Below, in pieces: positions 27,049 to 39,764 of a stretch of 64,000 nt of DNA. The first letter of the stretch is position 1. Every line of letters begins with the position of its first letter. The notes below the pieces were generated by a model, which did not search any database, was not told the DNA's origin, and saw only the letters and a program-made list of their open reading frames with translations. Origin of the DNA: Hemiscyllium ocellatum (lineage: Eukaryota); the NCBI RefSeq assembly GCF_020745735.1, contig NC_083413.1:40920001-40984000 (forward strand), read 5' to 3'. The translations under genes were made by a program, and so were the position numbers.

Positions 27049-28309
27049 TAGAATAATAAATCTTACTGTACAGATAGAGGCCATTGAGCCCATCTTGACA
27101 GTGCAAGTCGTACGAAACAGCCACCTACTAAGTTCCACTCTACTCTTTTCTCATGGCCTTGCTGTCTTTACAAATATTTATGCTTTTTTTTGAAAGTTGC
27201 CATTGAATTTTTGTCTATCATTCTTTCAGAAAATGGATTCCACATCATTGTAACTCACTGATAGAAACAGTTTTGCTATTCTCACTTTTTTGGTTTGTGA
27301 TGGTTTGAAATCTGTGTTTCCTGGTTACTGAACTACCAGCTACTGTGAATGGTTTAACCTTCATGATTTTGAACACCTTGATTATACTTCCTCTTAATCC
27401 TCATTGCTGCTAGGACAACAATCACAGACAGTTGTCTATCCAGGCAACTGAAGGTGCCTTTCTTGTAAATCTCTACAACCTCTCCAAGACCTTGAACTTC
27501 ATCTTAGAGTTCATAAATGTTTGTAATATGCCTGTTCAGACATGCTGTTACACACCCTAGAGCAGGGCTGAATTGCACCTGGGACTCCTAGCCCAGAGGG
27601 ATGGGCAGTACCGTTGAGACCCCTAGAGTGTGATACTCCAAATTTGACGCCTTACTCCAGCTGAGGCCTTTCCATCAATTTAGAAAAGATCAATAGCATT
27701 TCTTTGTCTTGTGCTTCACACAGCTACCAAAAGCTTTGTGAGGTCCAGCTAATAGAGATTTTATTTATGAACATATGGTCGTGAGGCATTCTTGGAAAAT
27801 TTCATCTAGGTCTCTTCCTGATGTGGTCAGCTTGGAAGTTTATAGATTCAAATCTCCCAGTGAATTACATTGTTTTACTTCTCGTCAAAGATCACTTGTA
27901 AGTGAGAAAATAATCAATGACATTACATATCCTGAATAATAAACAGGACCATCCATTCTTTGCAGATTGATTTGTTTTCTCTTCAAAAGTTCCAGGATGT
28001 TTGTTACCACTGTGAGCCTAACATGGCCCCCGTCTGTTTTGTTTGCTGATTCAAGTTGTGAAAGTTGTTACATGTTTTACGAATGGAAATTCTTATCTTG
28101 ATTATCACAGGACTGGCTACATATCCTATTATGCTGACAGTATTGGCTACATTATCATCATGCTTAGAGAGCATGCATGCTACATTTGTCTGCTCTGAGG
28201 TTATTTGTGCATATTTAAACATACAATTTTAATTATCTCAAATAGTCTGACTTCATTTGCTTTTGTACTCTGAGACTCTGTTTGTAAAGCTGAAAACCCT
28301 GAATTGTTT

Positions 28310-28830
28310 TGTTAACAGCACATGAAAGTGATAACGGACCCTTTGGCCCAACTCGTCAATGCTGACCAGGGGTCCTCAACTGAACTAGTTCCATTGACCT
28401 ACATTTGGCCATAGCCCTCTAAATGTTTCCTATCCATGTACCTGTCCAAATGTCCTTTAATTGTCATAATTGTACCTACTTCTACCACTTCCTGTTCCAT
28501 AGCTCATTCCATATATGAATCACCCTCTGTGTGGAAAAGGTTGTTTCTCGGGTCTCTTTTTTTAAAAAAAAAACTTTTCCTCCCCTAAACTTAAACCTCT
28601 ACCCTCTAGTTTTAGACTAGAGGGAAAAAGACCTTCGCTATTTACCTTATCCATGTTCCTCATGATTTTATAAACCTCTATAAGGTCACCACTCTGCCTC
28701 CTACTCTCCAGGGTGAAAAAGTACAGCTATCCAGCCTAGCTTTAGAACTCAAATTTCCAGTCTTGGTGACATCCTTGTAAATCGTTTTTGTATCCTTTTC
28801 AGTGTAATAACATCCTTCCCATAGCAGGGC
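28310..28830 (-). mobile_element. CR1 3' end
   Basis: Reverse complement of the CR1/HER1 tail seen at 20800-21300. Confidence 0.8.
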
Positions 28831-29125
28831 AACTATCCACAAAGATTTCTGTATGCAAACTCTGTATCTCTGTATTCTTCCATCCCCTTTAAAATTGCAC
28901 AACACTGAACCACATAGGTCGATGGGAAGAAAGCACTGGAGAACAGATATGTAACATTACGGTTTTATACAGTACATGGATTGTATCTGGTTCATTATCG
29001 CCTAAAAAGGTTGCAAAAGCAGACATGTTGTTTTGATAGGTTGATTGCTAAACCTTATAATTGCCACCTACTTCAAACTATCACTTATGATTTTTAATCA
29101 TAAAATAATTGAATCTCGGGTATAG

Positions 29126-29311
<186 letters not shown>

Positions 29312-29334
29312 TAAGTATCGAATGATGTGAACCA

Positions 29335-30320
29335 GAATGGAAACATAGAATACAAGAGCAGAAGTTGGCCCTCCAAACTGACTTTCCCATTCAACATGAT
29401 CGTAGCTAATAATCGAACATGTTACCCGGTTTCTACTTTGTTCCCACGTTCTTTGATCCCTTTAGTCCTAAGAATTGTATTTATATCTTTCTTCAGTGTT
29501 TTGGCCTCAACAGTTTGCGGTGGTAGAACATTCCACAGGCTCACCGCTCCCTAGGTGAAACAATTCCTAAAAGACCGCTTTTGGAATATTGCATGCAATT
29601 CTGGTCTCCCTACTATCTGAAGGACGCTGTGAGATCTGAAAGGATTCAGAAAAGATTTATAAGAATGTTGCCAGGTTTGGAGGGTTTAAGCAATAGGGAG
29701 AGGCTGAGGGGGTGACCTTACAGTGGTTTATAAAATCATGAGGGGCATGGATAGGATAAACAGACAAGGTCTTTTCCCTGGGATGGGGGAGTCCAGAACT
29801 AGAGGGGATAGGTTTAGGGTGAGATGGTAAAGATATAAAAGAGACCTAAGGGGCAACATTTCCATGTAGAGGGTGTTGCGGAGCTGCCAGGGGAAGTGGG
29901 GAGGCTGGTACAATTACAACATTTAATTGGCATCTGGATGGATATATGAATGAGAAAGATGAAGAGGGTTATCGGCCAAGTGTTGGCAAATGGGACTAGA
30001 TCAGATTAGGATATCTGGTCGGCATGGGTGAGTTGTATCAAAACTGAACATCTCTGTGACTCTCTGACTTTACCCCTTATCCTTAGAATGTGACCTATGG
30101 TTCTGCAGTCCCAATCAGAGACAACATCCTCCTTGTATCTTCCCTGTCTAATTTTGTTAGCATTTCATAGGTTCCAATGAGATCCTGTAACTTTTCGAAC
30201 CGATCAGTCTCTCCTTGTGTGTGAGTCTTGCCATCCCAAGAATCAGTCAGATAAGCCTGCCTTAAACTTCCTCAATAGCCAAAATCATCTCCATCAGATA
30301 AGGAGGCCAAACTGAACACA
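29335..30320. mobile_element. Minus-strand CR1 3' end interrupted by a plus-strand HER1/CR1 fragment (~29575-30065)
   Basis: The inner fragment closely resembles 20760-21300. Confidence 0.75.
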
Positions 30321-30749
30321 ATACAGGCAATTTTATGTTTTACTTAAATTTTATGTTTCTTAAATGGTGAGTTTTATTACTTAAAAATATATGTTACACA
30401 TGGTCATTGAGATAATTTGGTAAAATCCTTTGATGCAATTATCATTCAAAATCTGGGTTCTTATCAGGACAGACTGTACTTTCTGAAATTAGTCATTGTG
30501 CACTGGTGTTTGGAGCAAATCGTTTCATACCTTAATCTTTGTTCAATTCTGATTAGAAAGAAGTCTGGGGATAAGTGCATGCGGTTTGTGATGAATAGGA
30601 AGATGTTAGAATAAACATTACTGGCAAACCTAGTAATTCTTATCTGTTGCAAGCTATTCTTATGAAGATGGTAGTCATCCCTGTGTAGTCTACTGTTGGA
30701 TAAGGAGTCTGAGGATTTTAGGTTCAGTGATGATGCAGCCCTAGTCTAT

Positions 30750-32560
30750 GCGAGGTGATGGTGTAGTAATATTGTTACTGGATGAGTAATCCCAAGATCC
30801 AAGTAGTATTCTGGATACTTGTGTTGAAATCCCACCACAGCAGATTGTGGAATTTGAATTCAATAAAATCTGGAATTAAAATTTGAATAATGAACTCAAA
30901 ATTATTAAATAATTAAAAACCCATCTGGTTCACTAATGTCTTTTGTGTGCTTAGCTGTTCTGGCACATATGTGACTCCAGACCCACAGCAATATGGTTGA
31001 CGCTTAACTGGTTAAGTCTTCAATTGCCATTCATACAAGTCAATTCAATTATATCAACTATTGAAACAAAAATCGCAAAAAAGGACTAAAACTGATGGAC
31101 CATCTGATAGTGATCTTGGCACTGGAAACAACAATGATAATCTCAGCACTGTCAACCCTGCAAAGTCCTCCTTATTACTATCTGAAGGCTAGTGATTAAT
31201 TGGGAGAACTGTGTCTAACAGCTGAATCATGCAGATGCATAACATCGTCATATTCACGCAACTATAACTTACATACCATGACTCAGACAATATCATCACT
31301 TTCATGGGTCCCAACAGCAGGACATGCTCAGCAGAGATAGTAGTACAACGAGATACAGTTGGGAAGGTCTTTCCCTGAGGGTTGTCAAAATTGTCTCCAC
31401 ATCTCCACATTCCATGCAACGTGAAGACATCAGGTTAAACATGGGCAAGGCGGGCGGAGGTGGGGTGTTAGCTCGGGAACATTGCTTCAGAGTTCCTGAG
31501 AGTAGTTGTCTCAGCCCAACCATCTTCAGCTGCTTCATCAATGACCTTTACTCCATCATAAGATCAGAGTTGGAACTATTTACTGATAATTGTACAATGT
31601 TCAGCACCATTCACAACTTCTTGGATGCTGAACTCTGGATAATATCCAGATTTGGATTGACAAGTAGCAAGTAACATTCTTTTTGCCATATAAGTGCTAG
31701 ACATTGACAGTCTTTAATAAGAGAATATCTAACCAGTATTCCTTAATGTTAAGTGGCATTACTATTACAGAGGAACTTTGATTATCCAAAGGACACAGGT
31801 GGCAGTGTTTTGTTCGGTTAATCGAATGCTGGATAACTTAGCCAAGCGTCGGGATCTTGCAATCTTGTTTGGATAATCGAAATTTGGTTAATCGAATGCC
31901 GGATAATCAGGGTTCCTCTGTACCAAACTCCCCAATATTCATTGGCCATAAGCTGAAGTGGACTGGTGAACATAAATCCTGTGGCTACAAGAACAGGTCA
32001 GAGGTGAGAAATCTTGCAGCAAGTAACTCGCTTCCTGACTCATTAAAGCTTGTCTGCCATCTACAAGGCACAAGACTGGAGTGTGATTAAAGTATTCATC
32101 ACTTGAGTGATGAGTGCAACTTCAACAACATTCGAGCTTGACATCATCCAAGACAAAGGTGCTTGACTGATAAGCACTATGTCCATGAGCACTCCACCAC
32201 TGAAGCCCAGTAGCAACTGTATTTACCATATACAAGATTAACTGCAACAATTCACTGAGACTCCTTACACTGCAACATCCAAACCCACAACCATTGCCAT
32301 GTAGAAGGATGAGGGCAGCAGATACATGGGAACACCACCACCTGCAAATTTCTTTTTAAGCCACTCACCATGCAAATTTGTAAATAAATTGCCATTCCTT
32401 CAGTGTTGCTGCTTAAAATCCCTGCCCAACAGTATTGTAGATGTACCCACACCAAATAGACTGCAGTAGTTCACGAAGTTGGCTGAACACTACCTTCTCA
32501 AAAGCGACTAAGGACAAAAAATAAATGCTAGCCAACCTAGCAATGCCCACATCCCATGAT
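30750..32560 (+). mobile_element. Old non-LTR retrotransposon remnant (CR1/L2-like)
   Basis: VPESSCLSPTIFSCFINDL..LFTDNCT (RT motif remnants); 3' end ataaatgctagcc...cccacatccc. Confidence 0.65.
31768..31920. mobile_element. Tc1/mariner (Tigger/pogo-like) MITE
   Basis: 20-bp TIRs cagaggaactttgattatcc / ggataatcagggttcctctg (18/20 match); TA on both flanks. Confidence 0.85.
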
Positions 32561-32897
32561 TGTTTTATTATTAAAGATGACAGTGAACCCAGAGGCAATG
32601 GTTTGCTATTTATCTAGATTTCCCCTTCTAGATTTGGGTATTGCATATTTTGCGGTTGTTGCTGATAGAATTCATCAAGGATTCGTCGTGAATACTATGA
32701 ACAGGACATGCTACTGTCACAGTATTCTGGTACGAAGATGGTGGTCATTTTGGCCAATAGATACAATGCTGATCAACTGGTAGTATGTTCAATAATACGT
32801 TTGATTAAATGACTTCTGATACTAGTACCTCAGCTTGTTGGTAAATATATCCTATATGCTTAGAGACTGTGAAAGCAGAGACATTGTTTTACATTAA

Positions 32898-33068
<171 letters not shown>

Positions 33069-33347
33069 GTTACATGGACAATAATGATGGCAATCCGAAT
33101 GTTTCTTGCTTTATCATTGAAATCAAGTTTTTTTGTTGTTAAATAATCAGCAAGCATTTATTGCCTTACATTTCTAGTTTCCCCTGTTTTAAAGGAGATT
33201 GTATAGAAAAGTAACTGCCTAAGGAAAAGTATTTGCCTCACTATGTGAAACAAAAGAATATTTTATAAACTGGCTATTAAGTAAAAAGAAAGTACTTTTA
33301 ATAATAGGTACAAAATGGGTATACAGGTAATTGAACTTCTCATTGCA

Positions 33348-33353
33348 AATAAA
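33348..33353 (+). terminator. Probable POLR2H polyadenylation signal
   Basis: AATAAA ~280 nt after the stop codon, followed by a GT-rich tract. Confidence 0.6.
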
Positions 33354-33966
33354 AATGTGCTTGTGTTCAGTGGTAAAGGCTTATTTACAAAGAATTAGTG
33401 TACCACAACCAATAGTATGACCAGTTTTACTTTTCAAAAAATTTGATCTGAGAAAAGGGATCAGTTGATTTGTATTAGCTGTGAGAAGACAATGGGCAAA
33501 CTAGGATCTCTTGAGAATGCAAGGGGCAAACTAAAACCTCTGGTATTTGGTCATTTCAGCAGCAGAAATATAAGTGGGATTTTCAATGTGGGCTTTAGGA
33601 CAGTGCTGTAGCTTCAACTGAGGACAAGAAGCCACATTGCATGAGAAACAGTTACAGGAATTGTTCACTCAATTGCTTTTCAGAGGAAAGAGGTTACATT
33701 CTGAGAAAAGTTGTCTTAAAGGCAGAGAGTAAGATAGGGAGGCAGAGATTTCAGCACATGCAACTGAAAGCACAATCACTGATGCTGAAGTGATTATAAT
33801 TGGGGATTCTTAAGATGCCAGAGTTAGAGGAGTGCAGATGTTGTTGAGGGTTATGAGCTCGGAGGAGATTCCATAGATTCAGAGAGGTGAGGCCATAAAT
33901 GGATTTGATACAAGAACATTTTAAAAGCAAGCTATTGTTTGACAAGAAGCCACTGTAACTCAGTGA

Positions 33967-34116
33967 ATGCCCAAAACAGAAATTGCTGCAGTCACTCACC
34001 AGGTCTTGCAGCATCTGTGGAGAGAAATCAGAGTTAACGTTTCATATCGAATGACTGTTCCTCACAATGATCTGATTTTGTTTCTGACTTACAGCATCTG
34101 CAGTTCTTTTGGTTTT
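33967..34116. mobile_element. pLTR mini-element (family C) with 11-bp TSD
   Basis: taactcagtga at 33956-33966 and 34117-34127. Confidence 0.7.
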
Positions 34117-34329
34117 TAACTCAGTGAGTGTACTTGGCTGATAAGTGAGCCAGCCTTAATGTAAGTTACGACTCTGAAGCAGTATTTTAATGACCTGAAT
34201 TATTTGGAAGGGCGAATGTTGAAGTGCAGCCAGGAGTGTTTTGGCATAGACAACACTGGTGCAACCAATGATTTGAACAACACATGAGCCATGAACATAT
34301 GAACAAGATTAGGTCAGCTTGCTTTGACA

Positions 34330-35130
34330 ATAACATATGGCAGATCTGATATTGGCGAGACCAAGCAGATGCTATGACATTGGATGAATGGATACCGTGC
34401 AACAATTGCCTGACAGAGATGTGCCCTCCCAGTTGGGAAACACTTCAGCAATCAAGGACATTCGACTTTGAATTTTTGGATGACCATCCTCCCAGGTGGA
34501 CTTTAGGATACGTAACAATGCAGAGTCACATAGCCAGGTTTAGTACCCATGAGGATGGCCTCAACTGGGTTCTGGGGTTTATGCCACACTACATGTGACC
34601 CCACTACACTCTACCTGTTAATGAAGAAGCTTGTTTTTTAAGTTACATGGACAATAATGATGGCAATCCTAATGTTTCTTGCTTTATCATTGAAGTCAAG
34701 TTTTTTTGTTGTTATATAATCAACAAGCATTTATTGTCTTAATTTCAAAGGTGATCCTAGAATTTCTTTCAAGTCACAGTCCCGAGATAACTTATCACCT
34801 TTTTTTATAAAATTTTATCTCAGCTCAGACAATGCATTAAATGTGTGAGGTTAGTCTGTATCCCAGTGTTGAGTCAGAGCGGTTCTATTGTCAAAGTAGG
34901 ACTTTATAAAATGTCTCATGGACTAATTCCCTACAGATTGTGTGCTTTTTGAACAAAATAGAATGTATCTGCAAATGCAAATTCACCCCATAGTGAGTGA
35001 GTGAGCGCGAGAGGGAGTGTAAATGTTGAAACACGCGCACCCTCTTGTATAGAGGCATATGCTTCGTCACACTTGCGTACACACTCTACCAAACACCTGC
35101 ACATTCTCTCTCTCTTGCACTCACTCACTC
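34330..35130. mobile_element. Rearranged Penelope-like remnant (GIY-YIG 3' end, partly inverted)
   Basis: aaacacttcagc...acccatgaggatggcctcaac (HF..TH..GLN remnant); 34996-35020 is an inverted match to 35101-35130. Confidence 0.55.
34610..34746 (+). pseudogene. Local ~137-bp duplicate of the POLR2H last codons, stop and proximal 3'UTR
   Basis: About 7 differences from 33037-33174; reads YLLMKKLVF*; no splice acceptor included. Confidence 0.92.
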
Positions 35131-36340
35131 ATGAAGTACTTTGAAAGGCCGGTCATGGCATTAATTAACTCCAGCCTCCCCACTACACTTGACCCACTCC
35201 AATTTGCTCATCGGACCAACAGATCCATGTCAGATGCCATTTCACTTGCCCTTCACTTCTTCCTAGAACATCTTTACATCAAGGACATATATGTAAGAAT
35301 CCTACTCATTGACTACAGTTCAGCTTTCAAACTGTTATCTCTGCGAGACTGGTTACTAAACTTAATGATCTTGGACTAAGCCCAACCCTGTGCAACTGGA
35401 TCCACAGTTTCCATACCCACAGGCCACAATCGGTGAAGATTGGGGATAATATTTCATCCTCATTAATACTCCCCAGGTGTCTCTAGTCCGCCCCTGACTG
35501 GACTCACTGTATACCCATGACTGCATTGCCAAATACCAGACTAATGCCATTTATAAGTTCACTGATGACACCACCATAGTTAGTCGAATCTCAGATGGCG
35601 ATGAAACAGACTACAGTTGGGAGGTGGAAGACCTGGAAAAATGGTGCAGTGAGAACAACCTGGCTCTCAATGCTGGCAAAACCAAGGACCTCATTAATTT
35701 TCAGCGAGATGTTACTCATGCCCCCTTACACATTAACAGCGCAGAGGTGGAAAGAGTGTCAAGCTCTTGGAGGTGGTCATCAACAACAAGCTTTCTTGGA
35801 CTGTTCATGTGAACGCACTGGTTACAAAGGCCCAACAAAATCTCTTCTTTCTCAGGCAGATGAGAAGATTTGCCAACTTTTATAGGTGCGTCATTGAGAC
35901 CACTCTGTCTTGACCTGGTATGTCAACTGTAACATTCAAGATCGGAGACGGTTACAGAGAGTGGTGAACTTGGCCTGGACAATCACATACAACAACCTCC
36001 CATTGAAAAAATCCATTTGCCAGGCCCGCTGTCAGCATTCTCAAAGATCGATCCCACCCTGGCAATGTTTTTCTACAATCTGCACCATTGGGGAGAAGGT
36101 ACAGAAGCCTGAACACATACACCAGCTGGTTTTGAAACATTTTCTACCCTACTGTTGTTAGAATACTGAATAGACTCACAAACGCTTAGCATTCGCCTGT
36201 ACCTATGTTTGGTTTTTGCCTCTGTTTACCTATTATTTACTATCTATGCTATTTAACTCCATGATCTGCCTGTATTGCTCATAAGACAAAGCTTTTCACT
36301 GTGCCTTGGTACACGTGGCAATAAATTCAATTCAATTCAA
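35131..36340 (+). mobile_element. Rex1/Babar-type non-LTR retrotransposon, 5' truncated
   Basis: MKYFER...LDPLQFAHRTNRS..DAI...VRILLIDYSSAF, FTDDTT; tail aataaattcaattcaattcaa. Confidence 0.85.
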
Positions 36341-36440
36341 TATTTAACAGCAATCTAGGTTTGTTCAATACATTGCATCAGTTTGTATGACACTTTGTAC
36401 ACAGAATTTATTGTAAAAGATCAATGATCCTGCCCCACTG

Positions 36441-36880
36441 GGTACCTGATGAAAGAACAGCACTCCAAAAGCTTGTACTGGCAAATAAACATGTTGGACT
36501 ATAACCTGGTGTTGTGTGATTTTTTTTAACTTTGCGATGGTGAGTATTGCAGATCAGAGTCAAGATTAGAGTGGTGTTGGAAAAGCACAGCAGGTCAGGC
36601 AACATCTGAAGAACAGGAAAATTGACGTTTCAGACAAAAGCCCTTCATCAGGAATGAGGCTGGGAGCCTCGGCGGTGGGGGAGAAATAACTAGGAGGGGG
36701 GTGGTGATGGGGGGATGGTAGCCCAGAGTGCAATAGGTGGATGGAGGTGAGGATGAAGATGATAGGTCAGAGAGGAGGGTGTAGTGGATAGGTGGGAAGG
36801 AATATTGACAGAAGCATCAGGGTTCTGAAGGGAGCGGTGATGGAGGAGGCCCAGGTCCAGCATGTGCTTAGCAGAGTGGA
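36441..36880. mobile_element. Adjacent pLTRs: family A (+, 36441-36533) and family B (-, ~36540-36880)
   Basis: gtacCTGATGAAAGAACAGCACTCCAAAAGCTTgtac; minus CUGAUGAAGGGCUUUUGUCUGAAACGUC. Confidence 0.7.
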
Positions 36881-36882
36881 AA

Positions 36883-37163
36883 GGGCACGGTGGCTCAGTA
36901 GTTAGAACTGCTGTCTCACAGCTCCAAAGTCCCAGGTTTTTGCACATTCTTCCCGTGTCTGTGTGGGTTTTCTCTGTGTGCTTTGGTTTCCTCCTATAAT
37001 CCAAAGATGTGCAGGTCAGGTGAATTGGCCATGTTAAATTGCCCATAGTGTTAGGTGCATTAGTCAGAGGGAAATGGATCTGGGTGGGTTACTGTTCGGA
37101 GGGTTGGTGTGGACTTGTTGGGCCAAAGGGCCTGTTTCCACACTGTAGGGAATCTAATCTAAT
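36883..37163 (+). mobile_element. HE1 SINE with internal deletion
   Basis: Head joined directly to the core; aatctaatctaatc tail. Confidence 0.85.
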
Positions 37164-37339
37164 CGAAGTGTTCAGCCAAGGCATGGTAGTCCAACCTAAT
37201 CCAACACTGGTGCCTCCACAACATGATTTTAACCTCAATTCTACATTCCACAAATTCCTGAAAATCTTTCAACCCCTGGGTGATTCTGCATCCATTGCTA
37301 CTTTGAGAAAGGGAATTCCAAAGATTGGCCAGTAATAAA

Positions 37340-37429
37340 GTTTCAAAAAATCATACAATCTGAATTATAACCTGGTGTGTGATTTTTAACTTTGTCCACC
37401 CCAGTCCAATACAGGCACCTCCACATCAT
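37340..37429. mobile_element. Short fold-back pLTR (family A) with 10-bp TSD
   Basis: cagtaataaa at 37330-37339 and 37430-37439. Confidence 0.7.
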
Positions 37430-37444
37430 CAGTAATAAATTAGT

Positions 37445-37909
37445 AAGGTCACGTGGCAGAGTTTCAACGTTCACTAGAAAAAGTTCTTGCCGTAGTCAGG
37501 TGGGAGTGGGGGACAGGTCAGGATGGGCAAGGCATTAAGGGGCGGAGCCAGCTCGTGATGGGTGGGAACTCTGGGTCCTGGTGAGAAAGGGGCAGCAAGG
37601 GCGTGGCATGGTTTGTAATGGGCGGAGCTAAGGTGATGGACGGAGACTCGATCCGTGTGCCGTGTGGGGATGCAGGGGCGGGGCACATGTAGGAATGGGC
37701 GGGGCCAGGAGTGAATGGGCGGGGCCTCAGCTGGTTTCCGCCGCCTGAACGGTCGGTTCAGGGTCGAGTGGCTCACTGCAGCCTGGTCGACTCATTCGTC
37801 CAGCGTCGAGAGGGGCGGTGGGTGGGGGAAGGAGCTGCCGTGTCCTCCGTCCATGCCCGGAGTGGCTGCTTCCTCCGGCTGGCCGCAGTAGAGGCAGCAA
37901 GAGCTGGCG
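37445..37909 (+). promoter_or_regulatory. GC-rich promoter/5'UTR of the MFSD8-like gene: five Sp/KLF GC boxes and a CLEAR-like E-box
   Basis: GGGCGG at ~37540, 37620, 37676, 37697, 37717; GTCACGTGGC at 37448-37457; CpG rich. Confidence 0.8.
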
Positions 37910-37985
37910 ATGGATCCGCGGACCAAGCGCAGGCTCACCAACATCACCATCGGTCTCCTCTTCCTTTTTAGCGGCATCGAGTACG
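37910..37985 (+). CDS. First coding exon of an MFSD8-like major facilitator transporter (resembles fish mfsd8-like proteins)
   Basis: gcgATGg context; MDPRTKRRLTNITIGLLFLFSGIEY (basic N-terminus plus TM1); phase-1 donor G|GTAAGC. Confidence 0.75.
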
Positions 37986-38960
37986 GTAAGCAGGTTCAGT
38001 CCCTCCCTCATTGTTTCACGCGGGAGAGCTGTGATGAATGGGCAGGAATGGCTGAGAGAGTTCTGAGCGGTGCCTGCTGCTGTCTTCCAGGCTGCTCCGA
38101 TGTTGTTTACGTTCGGTTTGTGACCTTAACGAGGTTAGAGGATAAAGTGGGATCTCACTTTGCAGATGATGTTTCATCCCGCCGCTCCTTCCATTTGCAA
38201 TGATATCCCATGGCTTCAGTAGCTGTGGTTTGACCATAATCATATTCTATATTCTCACCGTTTACTGAAATGGACATCCTTGGGTTTTTTTGGGGTTGGG
38301 GGCCGGCGGCTGACAATACTGAGGATTAGAGCCCCCACGTCTTGGGATACCATCTGGTCCCTTGGCCACCTATTTGCCAACTTATTTTTCAAAGAAAACA
38401 TTTGGATGAGCTCTAAAGCATGAATACGGAAGAAAAATGATGGCAGATGTGTCGAAATTGAATTTGTTAATCTATTGTAACACGGTGTTCACTATATTTA
38501 AAAAAAAATGCCTTAAAAGCTCAGCACATCTGATGCCATCTGTAGAGAGGGGACCAGAGTTAATATTTCAATTCCAATCTGACTTAATTGGAACATCGTG
38601 TTGGATCCTGTGTTAAACTTTAAAGATACGTTTGTATTCAGTAGTTAGGTAGTGCAGCTGTCGTTTGAATTTTTTGTGGAAAGGTTGTGAACAGGAAGCA
38701 TAATGGTGTGACTGATTACACTTCCAGCAAGAAGAAAACAATGAAACACCTATTTTAAAAACAAACATACTGGGAGACTTGTTTACTCTTAAGAATTGCC
38801 TTTTGGGGATGTGTCATGAGAGAAAAGAGCTTTTACTATTCCCAAAATGAGCTGGACCATAATTAATTTTAAGCAACTAAACTGTGCAGGCAGATAATGC
38901 ATCATCTATGATTGAGTCAGAGAGATGAAGGGGAGGGAGATGAACGAGATATTGTTGAAA

Positions 38961-39172
38961 TATAAACAGAAAATGTTGGAGAAATTCAGCAGGGCTGGCA
39001 GTGTTTGTGGAGAGACAGGGCTTAAAGTCCAAGAAGAAAAGTTGTATTGGACTTGGTTTATTGACTTTTTCTCTGTCTGCACAGATGCTGCCAACTCTGC
39101 TGAGTTTCTTCAAGATTTTCTGTCTTTATTTGATTTCCAGAATTTATTGTATTTTACTTTAAATTTGTGTAT
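38961..39172. mobile_element. Fold-back pLTR mini-element (family C) with 13-bp TSD
   Basis: gatattgttgaaa at 38948-38960 and 39173-39185; inverted arms. Confidence 0.8.
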
Positions 39173-39764
39173 GATATTGTTGAAACTCACTGCAGAGTTT
39201 TGAGCATAATCGAAAGGATAGCCATGAGTAGGCGCTGCCAATGACATGTAACATGCAATTTAATTGATGTCATTTAATATATCATTGTATTAAGCATGAA
39301 CATAACCTTCTAATTCTAAACAAGAATGTAGAACTGGGGAAAAAAATAGAGAATTTAATTCAGGCTAACCACAGTGGGATTAGAGATCTCAAGCATCAGT
39401 AGCTGAATACCTCTCCCTCCCCTCCCACAGCTTACTGAGGGGTTGCAATTTTTTTCAAACCTTGAAATGGAGTCACGGCAGGGAAAAAAAAATTGGAAAG
39501 CACTTATTTAGATACTCTGCAGATTTCAAGACCATCCCAAATGGTAAACCCCTTATGAAATACATTAATTTCATTCAGTAAAATGTTTCAAAATTGATAC
39601 TTAGTTATAAAATGTAAAGGAATGTATTGAGATTCGTATGTTATTTTGTAATAAAAATGCACTGGATGATCCAATTGGACTAACAGTTACAGGTATCTCT
39701 TCTATAATGTAGATTCTTAGGTAACTATATATACCATTACTATGAAGAAAGGTGACCTCATTGT

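Noticed and set aside
37986-38203. Read-through extension of the 97-aa ORF at 37910
   Set aside because: Consensus donor at 37986; the downstream peptide has no transporter character.
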